DNA from: Eubacteriales bacterium | Lineage (GTDB): Bacteria > Bacillota > Clostridia > Oscillospirales > SIG627 | NCBI GenBank assembly: GCA_045602025.1 | Contig: JAZSAT010000023.1 | Location: 21,898 to 85,897, forward strand | DNA length: 64,000 nt | Direction: 5' to 3' | Shown: piece by piece, positions 44,943 to 54,702 of the stretch | How positions within the stretch are numbered: position 1 is the stretch's first letter | Layout: the number at the start of each line of letters is the position of its first letter | Made by a program: the position numbers and the translations under genes | Notes under the pieces: model-generated | Databases searched by the model: none | What the model saw: the letters and a program-made list of their open reading frames with translations, nothing else | Told to the model about the DNA's origin: nothing

Positions 44943-46307
44943 ATGAAACGATTTTTTGCTCTCTTACTTGTTTTTTGTTTTGTGACAAGTCTTGTTTCCT
45001 GTAGCAAAACACAGACAGAGTCTGACCGCTCCCTTAAGATATGCGATAAAGACGGAAATGTGGTAGCCACACTGAAAAAGATGGATTTTTCCGACAAAGA
45101 TCTTTCCGACCCTTCTTATAGTGCCTATGTAAAGATAGCACTGAAAGAGGCACACTCCATTATAAAAGATATCTACGACTGCGATGACAAGAAAGCGGAA
45201 AAGCTTCTTTTTAAAAAAGCCTTTACCGTGAGCACTTATATGGATCCGGTTGCAATTTCTGCCGCAGAAGAGGTTGCTCTGGAATGTGAAAAGAGAGATA
45301 TTCCCTTTGACTGTGCGATCCAAACGCTGTCCGGCGAGGTCTGCGCTGTTTTCGGTGAGGTTGAGGGCGGTCAAATGAGGACCCATTCGCCCTTTTCCAC
45401 GATCAAGCCCTTAAGCGTTTATGCTCCGGCTATGGAAAAGAACCTGATCGATTGGGGAACAATGTTTCCCGATAAGCCCTATAAGCAGATTCTAGAGGAT
45501 GACGGAAGAATCGTAGATTGGCCTACCAACGCGGCAACGGCCTTCACCTATCAGGATACGCTTCTTTCCGATTGTATCAAGCAGTCGTTAAATACGACAG
45601 CTGTTCATTGCTTGATGCTTCACGGGGTGAAAAACTCGGTTGAATTCCTCAGTGATTCCTTTGATATGAATCTTCGCTATGAACAGAATAAAATAGCAGT
45701 TCAAGGAGAAGAGGAGATTATCGGTAATATTGCTATGGGGTATTTAAGTAAAGGCTTTTCTCCCATTGATCTTTCCGGATATTACCAGATTTTCGGAAGG
45801 CTTGGCAATTACACCGTTCCGAAAACCGTTCAGAAGATCACATCTTCCGACAAAAAGACTGTTTATGAAAATAAAAGTGAATCAAAGCAGGTAATCCGCA
45901 AGGAAACAGCCTATTTGATGAACCGTCTTTTATCTCAGGTCGTCTCTCCCGGTGGAACCGGTGAGATGGCCGCCCTTGAGGGGACGGAGCTTGTGGGAAA
46001 GACCGGTACCGGAAACAACGAAGGCGGCAACTGGTTCGTGGGCGTTACCCCGGAGTACAGCTGTGCAGTCTGGCATGGGGCCAACGAAGACAGAGAGAAT
46101 TTTGCCGCAGAGCTTTTCCGAAAGGTAATGGAAAAAATGCCTGATCCGCAGGTGAAAGAGTTCGAGGCTTCTTCTCAGGTGAAAAAGACTGTATTTTGCA
46201 GTAAAACAGGGGATCTGATTTCCTCTTCCTGCAATTATATGCACATTGGTTATTATGCTCTGTCACACAAGCCGGGTGCTTGTGCGGGGCATTCAATAAT
46301 AAATTAA
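44943..46307 (+). CDS. Lipoprotein with a penicillin-binding transpeptidase domain but no glycosyltransferase domain
   Basis: The lipobox is SLVSC. The active-site motifs are STIK (FSTIKPLSVYAPAME), SLN (KQSLNTTAV) and KTGT (GKTGTGNNEGGNWFVG). The start lies 1 nt after the upstream stop. Confidence 0.72.
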   Translation: MKRFFALLLVFCFVTSLVSCSKTQTESDRSLKICDKDGNVVATLKKMDFSDKDLSDPSYSAYVKIALKEAHSIIKDIYDCDDKKAEKLLFKKAFTVSTYMDPVAISAAEEVALECEKRDIPFDCAIQTLSGEVCAVFGEVEGGQMRTHSPFSTIKPLSVYAPAMEKNLIDWGTMFPDKPYKQILEDDGRIVDWPTNAATAFTYQDTLLSDCIKQSLNTTAVHCLMLHGVKNSVEFLSDSFDMNLRYEQNKIAVQGEEEIIGNIAMGYLSKGFSPIDLSGYYQIFGRLGNYTVPKTVQKITSSDKKTVYENKSESKQVIRKETAYLMNRLLSQVVSPGGTGEMAALEGTELVGKTGTGNNEGGNWFVGVTPEYSCAVWHGANEDRENFAAELFRKVMEKMPDPQVKEFEASSQVKKTVFCSKTGDLISSSCNYMHIGYYALSHKPGACAGHSIIN

Positions 46308-49300
46308 ATGAGAGGTGTTAAAATGACTAAGCTCAAAAAAGTACTGTCAATGTTATTGGCAATCGTTATGATCGCATCGACAGTCCCCGTTGCAGCAATT
46401 GCGGCGGATGCAAGTGCTACCGATTCTTCGGTGCTGCAGCTCGGTGTTGCTCAGATGGCGGTAATTTCATCGCCGGGAGAGCGCGCAGAGTTCTACTTCA
46501 CTCCGGAAGAAAGCGGTGTGTACGCTTTCTATTCCATGGGAAGTTATGATACCTATGGATACCTGTATTTGGAAAACGGAACACTTGTGCAGCGCGATGA
46601 TGACAGCGGCGACGGCAACAACTTCCATGTTGGTTTTAAAATGACCGCCGGTCAAACCTACAAGCTGGAAGCGGAATTTCTTTCCGATGGACTGACCGGT
46701 TCTTTCCCTGTTATGGTTACAAAGGGAAGAACAATGACTTCCGTTGAATTCCATGATATCGATGTAATGGAATCCAATGCAAACAGTGTTTACTATTTCA
46801 GATTTTCGGTAACTTATTCCGATGGAGAAACAAACACTTATTCTTGTCCTTCCACTTCCCGTACTTCTTTTTCAGACGATGAGAAGAGCTATACGGTTTA
46901 CGTTACCGACGACCGCGCTGAAAACCCTTGGGGAATCGGTGCACATACGGTTACCGCAACCGTTGGCGATGACTCCTCCTACGCCTTTACGGTGAATGTA
47001 ATTGAGTCTCCCATTGCTTCTGTTACTTGTGGCTATAACTATGTTATTGAGAATAAAAGCGGTTATTTTACCACATCTCAGATTTATAACGAAGAAACAG
47101 GTAGATATGAAACCTCTCCCGAGTTTTTCTATTATTACCCTCCTGCTCCCAACAATATTACGATCACCTTGAAGGACGGAACAGTTTACAATTCTTCCGG
47201 CTTCTATTGGAATGATGTATGGCAGCATGTTTCTTCCAATGCTGCGGTTCCTCAGAATTATGAAAACCGTTGGATCAAGGGCAATACCTATCAGATCAAT
47301 GCTTCTATTCTCGGATATGATTTCACCTATGAGGTGGAAGTAATTGATACTCCCATTGCTTCGATCACCCATGATTCTCTTTCTATCATTGAGAATACAA
47401 ACGGTTACTTTACCACATCTCAGATCTACAATGAGGAAACAGGTTCTTACGAAACCTCTCCCGAGTTTTATATTTACAACAATTACGTACCTCGTAATTT
47501 TGTAATTACTATGAAGGACGGTACTGTTTACAACAATACTACCATTGAGTGGAACGGCTCTCAGTACTGGATTTCTTTTGCTCCCACGCTTCCTCAGAAT
47601 TATGATAACCGTTGGCTCGTTGGTAACTCCTATGAGATGACGGGTGCCATTCTCGGCTACAACTTTACTTATGATGTAGACATTGTGGAGTCTCCTGTTG
47701 AATCGATAACATACGATGATGTTACCGTCCTTGAAAATTCAAACGGTTATTATACCACATCTCAGATTTATAACGAAGAAACCGGAATGTGGGAAGACTC
47801 TCCTCAGTATTATCGCTATAACGCTTATCCCAAAAATCTTGTTACAACCTTAAAGGACGGTTCTGTTTTCAATGGCTCCGGCTTTACCTGGAACGGTACC
47901 TGGTACTCTGTTCAGACCCAGACCACCCAGAGCTACGAAAATCAGTGGACCGCAGGGAACACCTACACGGCAACCGGTTCGATCTTGGGATACACCTTCG
48001 AATATAATGTATCCATTGAAGCATCTCCCGTAGTGTCTGTTACAGTAGAGGATCTGGCTCTTCGCGAGAGCGTAGACGGCTACTATAACGGTTCTTACTA
48101 CCACTACAATGTATATCTTAAAAACCCCGTTATCACCTTGAAAGACGGCACGGTGATCAACGGTACCAGCGTTGAATGGAACGGCTCAAGCTATAGCTAT
48201 TCCTTAAGCTATAACCAGAGCTCGCAGAATCCTTGGACCGGCGGAAATACCTATCAGGTCAAAGGCTCTCTTCTCGGATACGACTTCTACTTTGATGTTA
48301 CGATCGAGGAAAGCCCCGTCGCTTCCATTGAAGTTGCACCGTTGTATATCGCAGCAAACAGTGGCTATTGGCATCGCGAAATGCTTGGCTGGGGTCCGGA
48401 AGGCCCGGTTTACGGCAATGAGTATTATCGCTATGATTTTCAGCCTGTGGATGTTACCATTACCTTAAAAGACGGCACGGTAATCAACGGTAACAGCTAT
48501 ACATGGGGAAATAGTACCTTTAATGTGCAACATGACTCTGCCCAGAGCTATGAGAATCCCTGGACAGAAGGGAACACCTATCAGGCAACGGCATCTCTTC
48601 TTGGTGCAACCACTACCTATGATGTTTCTATCCTTCCGATTCAGTCTGATGAAACCTACGAGTACATCGAGCTGGAAGAAGGCGTTATCATCTCCGGCAT
48701 AAAGGAAGCCGGCGAGACCATTGAAATTCCTTCTCAGCTGAATGGCAAAACCGTTATCGGTGTTGCAGGTCTCATTTCCGACAGCAGTGTAAAACACCTT
48801 ATCATTCCCGATAGCGTTCTGACCATCGGTGATAATGTGATCTCAGACCTTAGAGGCCTTGAAAAGGTTACCTTCGGCAGCGGCATCAGAAACCTGACTC
48901 CTTATATGTTTTTATATTCTGAATACTTAATGGAGGTCGCTGTTTCGGAAGAGAACCCCTATTTTGCAAGTGTAAACGGTGAGCTTTACAACAAAGAGCT
49001 GACCAAATTCCTTGCTTTCCCCACGGCAAAATCCACTGTTTACAATGTACCCGATACCGTTGTGGATACCGATGCTTTAAGATATAACATCTACAGTGGC
49101 TTGCAGGTGATCTATTCTGCAAATCACCCCCTGTATGTAACGGAAGACGGTGTTACCTACGATAAGGATAAAACAACGGTTCTTTCCTGCTATAAGGAAA
49201 AAGAGGGCAAGTATGTAATGCCCGATACGGTCACTACCATTTCACAAAGTGCGTTTGAAGATTGCGATAAATTGACCGAGGTTGTGGTTTCCTCTCAGGT

Positions 49301-51884
49301 TTCCAAGATCGTTTACCGCGCCTTTGCTTCTTGCGATAGCCTTGCAAAGATCGATCTTCCCGAAGGCCTTGTTTCCATCGGATTCCAGGCATTTGAGGAT
49401 ACAAAAGCATTGAAATCCATCGTGCTCCCCGAAGGTCTTACGACCATTGAAGAAGCTGCATTCCGCTGGTCCGGTCTTACCTCGTTGACTCTTCCGGATT
49501 CTATGGAAACTGTTTACTGGAGTGCATTTGAAGATACAGACATTGTGACTCTTGACCTTGGTAAAGGCGTCAAAGAGATCCATAGCAGTGCCTTCCGCTA
49601 TACTCCGGTAACAAGTGTTACCTTGCCCGATAGTTTAACTTACCTCGGCAGCAATGCTTTCTATAATTGCACATCCTTGAAGGAGCTTACCATCGGCAGC
49701 GGCTTGATTGAAATTTCTAATAGCACATTCTTTGGTACCGGAATCGAAACTCTTTCAATTCCCGGAAATGTTCAAAGAATCGCTTCCGGCGCTTTCTATG
49801 CAACTCCTATTTCCAAACTTACTTTAAGCGAAGGTTTGAAGAATATCGGTGAATATGCCTTCTATAATTGCAATAATCTGGAAAGCGTTCACATTCCTGC
49901 TTCTGCAACCAATATCAGCAGTTTTGCGTTCCAAAGCTGTGATCAGCTGAAGACCCTGACCGTAGCGGAAGGAAATGAAACCTATCACAGCGCAGGCAAC
50001 TGCGTGATCGTTACCGATGAAAAGCTTTTGTATTTCGGTTGCGGTGGAAGTGTCATTCCCGATGACGGCAGCGTTACCGATATCAACGAAGAAGCCTTCT
50101 ATGATTGTGACGGTCTTGAAGAGATTATCATTCCCGACAGTGTTACCGATATCAATGAATATGCATTTTATGACTGTGACGGCTTGGAAGAGATCATCGT
50201 TCCCGACAGTGTAGAATTTATCGGTATCTATGCCTTTTCCAATTGTGATAAGCTTTCACATGTGGTTCTTGGCGACGGATTGACATATTTGAGTGCAGGT
50301 GCATTCTCTGATTGTCCTATTGTTTATCTTGAGCTCGGTGCTGCTATGCCCTTTATTTCTCCTTATGCATTTAACAATACCGATATTCCCGAGCTTACCA
50401 TTCCCGATAGCGTAACGGATATTATGTACGCGGCCTTTGCACGTTGCGATCAGCTGACTACCGTTGTAATGCCTCTCAGCGTACAAAGCATTGAAGAGGA
50501 TGCTTTCCGCGGATGTGTAAAGCTTTCCGATGTTTACTATGAAGGTACCGAGGAAGACCGCGCGAATATGTCCATTCAAGAATATTCCGATTGGTACGGT
50601 GACAGTAACGGAAACAGCTACTTGCTGAATGCTACCTGGCACTATAATTCCTGTATGGTGGAGCCTTCCAGAGAACATGTTTACGATGATGATGCTGATA
50701 TAGACTGCAACAGCTGCGGAAAAACCCGCGAAAATGTCGAGACACCCGTTGATCCTCCTGTGGATCCCCCTGTAGAGCATGAACATGTTTACGACAACGC
50801 TTGCGATACGGAGTGCAACGAATGTGGAGATATTCGCGAAATTACACACAGCTTCAAGTGGGTTGTAGATTTGGAAGCAAGCTGTGGTGATGATGGAATC
50901 AAGCACGAGGAGTGCTCTGTTTGCGGAGAAACAAGAAATGAAGAAACCGTTATTCCCGCCACAGGAAACCATATCTATGACAACGATTGTGATGAAACCT
51001 GTAACGCCTGCGACGAGGAACGAGAGGTATCTCACAACTTCAAGTGGGTCGTAGATTTGGAAGCAAGCTGCGGTGAAGAGGGAACCAAGCACGAGGAATG
51101 CTCTGATTGCGGTAAGATCAGAAATGCAGATACCGCTATCCCCGCAACCGGAAATCATAGCTACGACAACGCTTGCGATGCAGATTGTAACACCTGCGGC
51201 GTAGTTCGCGTTCCCGCAGAACACATCTACGACAACGATTTCGATGCTACCTGTAACGAATGCGGCGAAGCTCGCGAGATCAATACAGAAAACGCTCCTA
51301 CCTTCTTTGTAAATACTGCAAAGGGTAAAGTAGGGGATACGGTTGAAGTAACTGTTTCCTTGAAGAATAACCCCGGTATTGTTTCTATGAAGGTGGATGT
51401 AAGCTACGATGAAAGTGTTCTTGAGCTTGTGAAGATCGAAGGCGGCGACTATGATTCTACCTCCTTCGGACCTACCACATCCAACCCCATCGCAGTAAAC
51501 TGGTTCGATACCTTAAATCCCAACAATACTACAAACGGTACGCTTGCAACCCTGACCTTCAAGATCAAAGAAGGTGCAACTCTCGGTGACACAGAAATTA
51601 CCCTTTCCTATGATGCTGAAGATGTATATGACTTTGATTTTGAAAATGTTTACTTTGCAACCGAAAGCGGCAAAATTACCGTGATCGACTACATCCCCGG
51701 TGATGTAAACGATGACGGCGTAGTAGACAACAAGGATGCAGGTCTCCTTCAGAGATACATCAACGGCTGGAATGTTGCAATCAACCTTGATGCAGCAGAT
51801 GTAACCCGTGACGGAGCCATCAACAACAAAGACCTCGGTCTCCTCCAGCGCTATATTAACAACTGGGGCGTTGAACTGAAGTAA
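46308..51884 (+). CDS. Giant (1858 aa) modular surface protein
   Basis: Domain order read from the translation, by residue: signal peptide; PPC-like domain (aa 40-138); six ~95-115-aa novel repeats (aa 143-777); BspA-type LRR (aa ~785-1445); Cys-modules (aa 1449-1658). A cohesin-like domain follows (VGDTVEVTVSLKNNPGIVSMKVDVSYDESVLELV, aa ~1662-1793). The dockerin is last (GDVNDDGVVDNKDAGLLQRYING / DVTRDGAINNKDLGLLQRYINN). The start is ATG 46308, or ATG 46323, which has better SD spacing. Confidence 0.9.
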   Translation: MRGVKMTKLKKVLSMLLAIVMIASTVPVAAIAADASATDSSVLQLGVAQMAVISSPGERAEFYFTPEESGVYAFYSMGSYDTYGYLYLENGTLVQRDDDSGDGNNFHVGFKMTAGQTYKLEAEFLSDGLTGSFPVMVTKGRTMTSVEFHDIDVMESNANSVYYFRFSVTYSDGETNTYSCPSTSRTSFSDDEKSYTVYVTDDRAENPWGIGAHTVTATVGDDSSYAFTVNVIESPIASVTCGYNYVIENKSGYFTTSQIYNEETGRYETSPEFFYYYPPAPNNITITLKDGTVYNSSGFYWNDVWQHVSSNAAVPQNYENRWIKGNTYQINASILGYDFTYEVEVIDTPIASITHDSLSIIENTNGYFTTSQIYNEETGSYETSPEFYIYNNYVPRNFVITMKDGTVYNNTTIEWNGSQYWISFAPTLPQNYDNRWLVGNSYEMTGAILGYNFTYDVDIVESPVESITYDDVTVLENSNGYYTTSQIYNEETGMWEDSPQYYRYNAYPKNLVTTLKDGSVFNGSGFTWNGTWYSVQTQTTQSYENQWTAGNTYTATGSILGYTFEYNVSIEASPVVSVTVEDLALRESVDGYYNGSYYHYNVYLKNPVITLKDGTVINGTSVEWNGSSYSYSLSYNQSSQNPWTGGNTYQVKGSLLGYDFYFDVTIEESPVASIEVAPLYIAANSGYWHREMLGWGPEGPVYGNEYYRYDFQPVDVTITLKDGTVINGNSYTWGNSTFNVQHDSAQSYENPWTEGNTYQATASLLGATTTYDVSILPIQSDETYEYIELEEGVIISGIKEAGETIEIPSQLNGKTVIGVAGLISDSSVKHLIIPDSVLTIGDNVISDLRGLEKVTFGSGIRNLTPYMFLYSEYLMEVAVSEENPYFASVNGELYNKELTKFLAFPTAKSTVYNVPDTVVDTDALRYNIYSGLQVIYSANHPLYVTEDGVTYDKDKTTVLSCYKEKEGKYVMPDTVTTISQSAFEDCDKLTEVVVSSQVSKIVYRAFASCDSLAKIDLPEGLVSIGFQAFEDTKALKSIVLPEGLTTIEEAAFRWSGLTSLTLPDSMETVYWSAFEDTDIVTLDLGKGVKEIHSSAFRYTPVTSVTLPDSLTYLGSNAFYNCTSLKELTIGSGLIEISNSTFFGTGIETLSIPGNVQRIASGAFYATPISKLTLSEGLKNIGEYAFYNCNNLESVHIPASATNISSFAFQSCDQLKTLTVAEGNETYHSAGNCVIVTDEKLLYFGCGGSVIPDDGSVTDINEEAFYDCDGLEEIIIPDSVTDINEYAFYDCDGLEEIIVPDSVEFIGIYAFSNCDKLSHVVLGDGLTYLSAGAFSDCPIVYLELGAAMPFISPYAFNNTDIPELTIPDSVTDIMYAAFARCDQLTTVVMPLSVQSIEEDAFRGCVKLSDVYYEGTEEDRANMSIQEYSDWYGDSNGNSYLLNATWHYNSCMVEPSREHVYDDDADIDCNSCGKTRENVETPVDPPVDPPVEHEHVYDNACDTECNECGDIREITHSFKWVVDLEASCGDDGIKHEECSVCGETRNEETVIPATGNHIYDNDCDETCNACDEEREVSHNFKWVVDLEASCGEEGTKHEECSDCGKIRNADTAIPATGNHSYDNACDADCNTCGVVRVPAEHIYDNDFDATCNECGEAREINTENAPTFFVNTAKGKVGDTVEVTVSLKNNPGIVSMKVDVSYDESVLELVKIEGGDYDSTSFGPTTSNPIAVNWFDTLNPNNTTNGTLATLTFKIKEGATLGDTEITLSYDAEDVYDFDFENVYFATESGKITVIDYIPGDVNDDGVVDNKDAGLLQRYINGWNVAINLDAADVTRDGAINNKDLGLLQRYINNWGVELK
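46734..48638 (+). repeat. Six tandem, diverged ~95-115-aa coding repeats inside the giant gene
   Basis: The recurrent blocks are SP[IV]xS[IV]T...ENxxGY[FY]TTSQIYNEETG.[YW]E.SP..., [IV]T[LM]KDG[TS]V.N, WNG, QxYENxW..GNTY and [SA][IL]LGY.F.Y.V.I.ES. Confidence 0.85.
50073..50210 (+). repeat. 2 x 69-bp near-identical tandem duplication (one LRR unit)
   Basis: The two encoded units are VTDINEEAFYDCDGLEEIIIPDS and VTDINEYAFYDCDGLEEIIVPDS. Confidence 0.85.
50844..51215 (+). repeat. 2 x 186-bp tandem coding repeat (62-aa double Cys-module)
   Basis: The first unit is THSFKWVVDLEASCGDDGIKHEECSVCGETRNEETVIPATGNHIYDNDCDETCNACDEEREV. The second is SHNFKWVVDLEASCGEEGTKHEECSDCGKIRNADTAIPATGNHSYDNACDADCNTCGVVRV. 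Confidence 0.85.
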
Positions 51885-51895
51885 TTTTAAAGCAT

Positions 51896-51929
51896 AAAAA
51901 ATGCACCTCTTTTGAGGTGCATTTTTTTT
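51896..51929 (+). terminator. Intrinsic terminator of the giant gene
   Basis: atgcacctc-tttt-gaggtgcat is followed by tttttttt. Confidence 0.8.
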
Positions 51930-51959
51930 GCAAAAAAGAGCAAGTTTTACTTGCTCTTT
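51930..51959 (-). terminator. Intrinsic terminator of the GNAT gene
   Basis: aagagcaag (51936-51944) pairs with cttgctctt (51950-51958). On the minus strand it is followed by tttttt. Confidence 0.6.
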
Positions 51960-52537
51960 TATTTAAAATCATTTTTCAGGAGAGAGTAGGTATATATGAT
52001 CTGCTTTTTCCCTCGCTTGTAAATGGTTTCTTTTCCTTTGGTATCATCAAAAAAGCCAAAGCCTTCCAGGAGTTTTTTGCTTGCCAGATTATCTCCCATA
52101 AATCTTGCCGATACTTTCTCAAGTCCCAGGGTAAAAAAGCCGTAATGCAAGACCTTTCTTACTGCTTCCGAACCAAAGCCTTTTTTGTGGAACAAAGGGG
52201 AGAGGACATAACCGATCTCGGCCCGAAGCTCCTTTTCATAAATTTCCGTAAAGCCGCAGGTTCCGATCATTTTTCCGCTTTCTTTTTCGATCACTGCCCA
52301 ATCAAAAAAGGCCGCCTTTTGGTATTGAGCCTGCAAATAGCGGATGTGAGCGACGGTAAAGCTTTTGGAGCTGTGCGGCTCCCAAAGAAGGTATTTGCTT
52401 GTTTCGGGATCACGGGAATACTCATACATATCATCCAGATCCCTTGGGAGGATCTTCCTTAAGATCAGCCGATCGGTCTCAAGAGTAGGGATGTTACAAA
52501 AAACTTTTTTGATCGGACCTGTTTTGTGAAAAAACAT
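51959..52537 (-). CDS. GNAT N-acetyltransferase, RimJ/RimL-like
   Basis: LETDRLILRKILPRDLDDMYEY...WAVIEKESGKMIGTCGF...IGYVLSPLFHKKGFGSEAV is the RimJ/L-type GNAT pattern. Confidence 0.85.
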   Translation of the reverse strand: MFFHKTGPIKKVFCNIPTLETDRLILRKILPRDLDDMYEYSRDPETSKYLLWEPHSSKSFTVAHIRYLQAQYQKAAFFDWAVIEKESGKMIGTCGFTEIYEKELRAEIGYVLSPLFHKKGFGSEAVRKVLHYGFFTLGLEKVSARFMGDNLASKKLLEGFGFFDDTKGKETIYKRGKKQIIYTYSLLKNDFK

Positions 52538-52593
52538 TACTTTTCTTTATAGCAGCAGGGGGTGCTTACTGCTTTATTTAAAGTGGATTTCAT
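52537..52593 (-). CDS. 18-codon micro-ORF MKSTLNKAVSTPCCYKEK, translationally coupled (TAATG) to the GNAT gene
   Basis: This is my own translation. A perfect AGGAGG (52599-52604) lies 5 nt before ATG 52593. Its TAA stop shares one nt with the GNAT ATG, and the GNAT gene has no SD of its own. Confidence 0.45.
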   Translation of the reverse strand: MKSTLNKAVSTPCCYKEK

Positions 52594-52723
52594 AATGGCC
52601 TCCTAAAATGAGTACAACTTGATTATATCGGGAAAAAAAGAGATTTTCAAGTTTTTTTTCAAAACTGTGGAAATTATTCTTATCCTGGTGTATAATGGAG
52701 TATCTTAAAAGGAGAAGTGTTTT

Positions 52724-54188
<1,465 letters not shown>

Positions 54189-54189
54189 T

Positions 54190-54690
54190 ATGAAAAAAAC
54201 GAAAATGCTTTGCATCTCTTCTTTGATGGCCGCTATGTGTGTTGCGATCCTATCATTGGGGAGCCTGATCGAAAGTCTTGATGTTTCACTCGCCATTATC
54301 GCAGGTCTTGTAATTATGGTTCTTTCTGCGGAATACGGTGATTGGGTAGCTACCTCAGTTTTCCTTGTGGCAGGTCTTATATCCCTTCTTCTTCCCTTGA
54401 AGAGCGCAGGAATTCTTTTCCTTTCCTTTGGCGGCTGGTACCCCATCGTGCAAAAGAAAATCAATCTGTTAAAGCCTTTATTTGCAAGAATCGTAAAAAC
54501 CCTTCTCTTTAACGGCGTTTTGATCTTACTTTTGTTTCTTTCTGCCTTTGTGACCGGTGTGAAGGAACTGCCTTATTTATACCTTGCGCTTCTTGTCCTT
54601 GGCAACCTTTGCTTTTTTCTCTATGATATCCTCTTAGACCGTTTTTTGATCTGGTATATTTTAAAGCTTCACAACCGTCTTAAATTTTAA
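54190..54690 (+). CDS. Hypothetical 5-TM membrane protein
   Basis: It starts 1 nt after the J-protein stop. It has hydrophobic helices throughout. I do not recognise a family. Confidence 0.55.
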   Translation: MKKTKMLCISSLMAAMCVAILSLGSLIESLDVSLAIIAGLVIMVLSAEYGDWVATSVFLVAGLISLLLPLKSAGILFLSFGGWYPIVQKKINLLKPLFARIVKTLLFNGVLILLLFLSAFVTGVKELPYLYLALLVLGNLCFFLYDILLDRFLIWYILKLHNRLKF

Positions 54691-54702
54691 GGAGACTTAT
54701 TT

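Noticed and set aside
50256-51224. A 322-aa Cys-rich ORF on the minus strand.
   Set aside because: It is the mirror frame of the Cys-module and LRR region of the giant plus-strand gene. Its repeat structure comes from the sense strand.
46734-51281. Tandem repeats that might suggest a CRISPR array or satellite.
   Set aside because: All repeats are in-frame coding repeats of one long ORF. The units are 69-345 bp with no spacer and repeat architecture.
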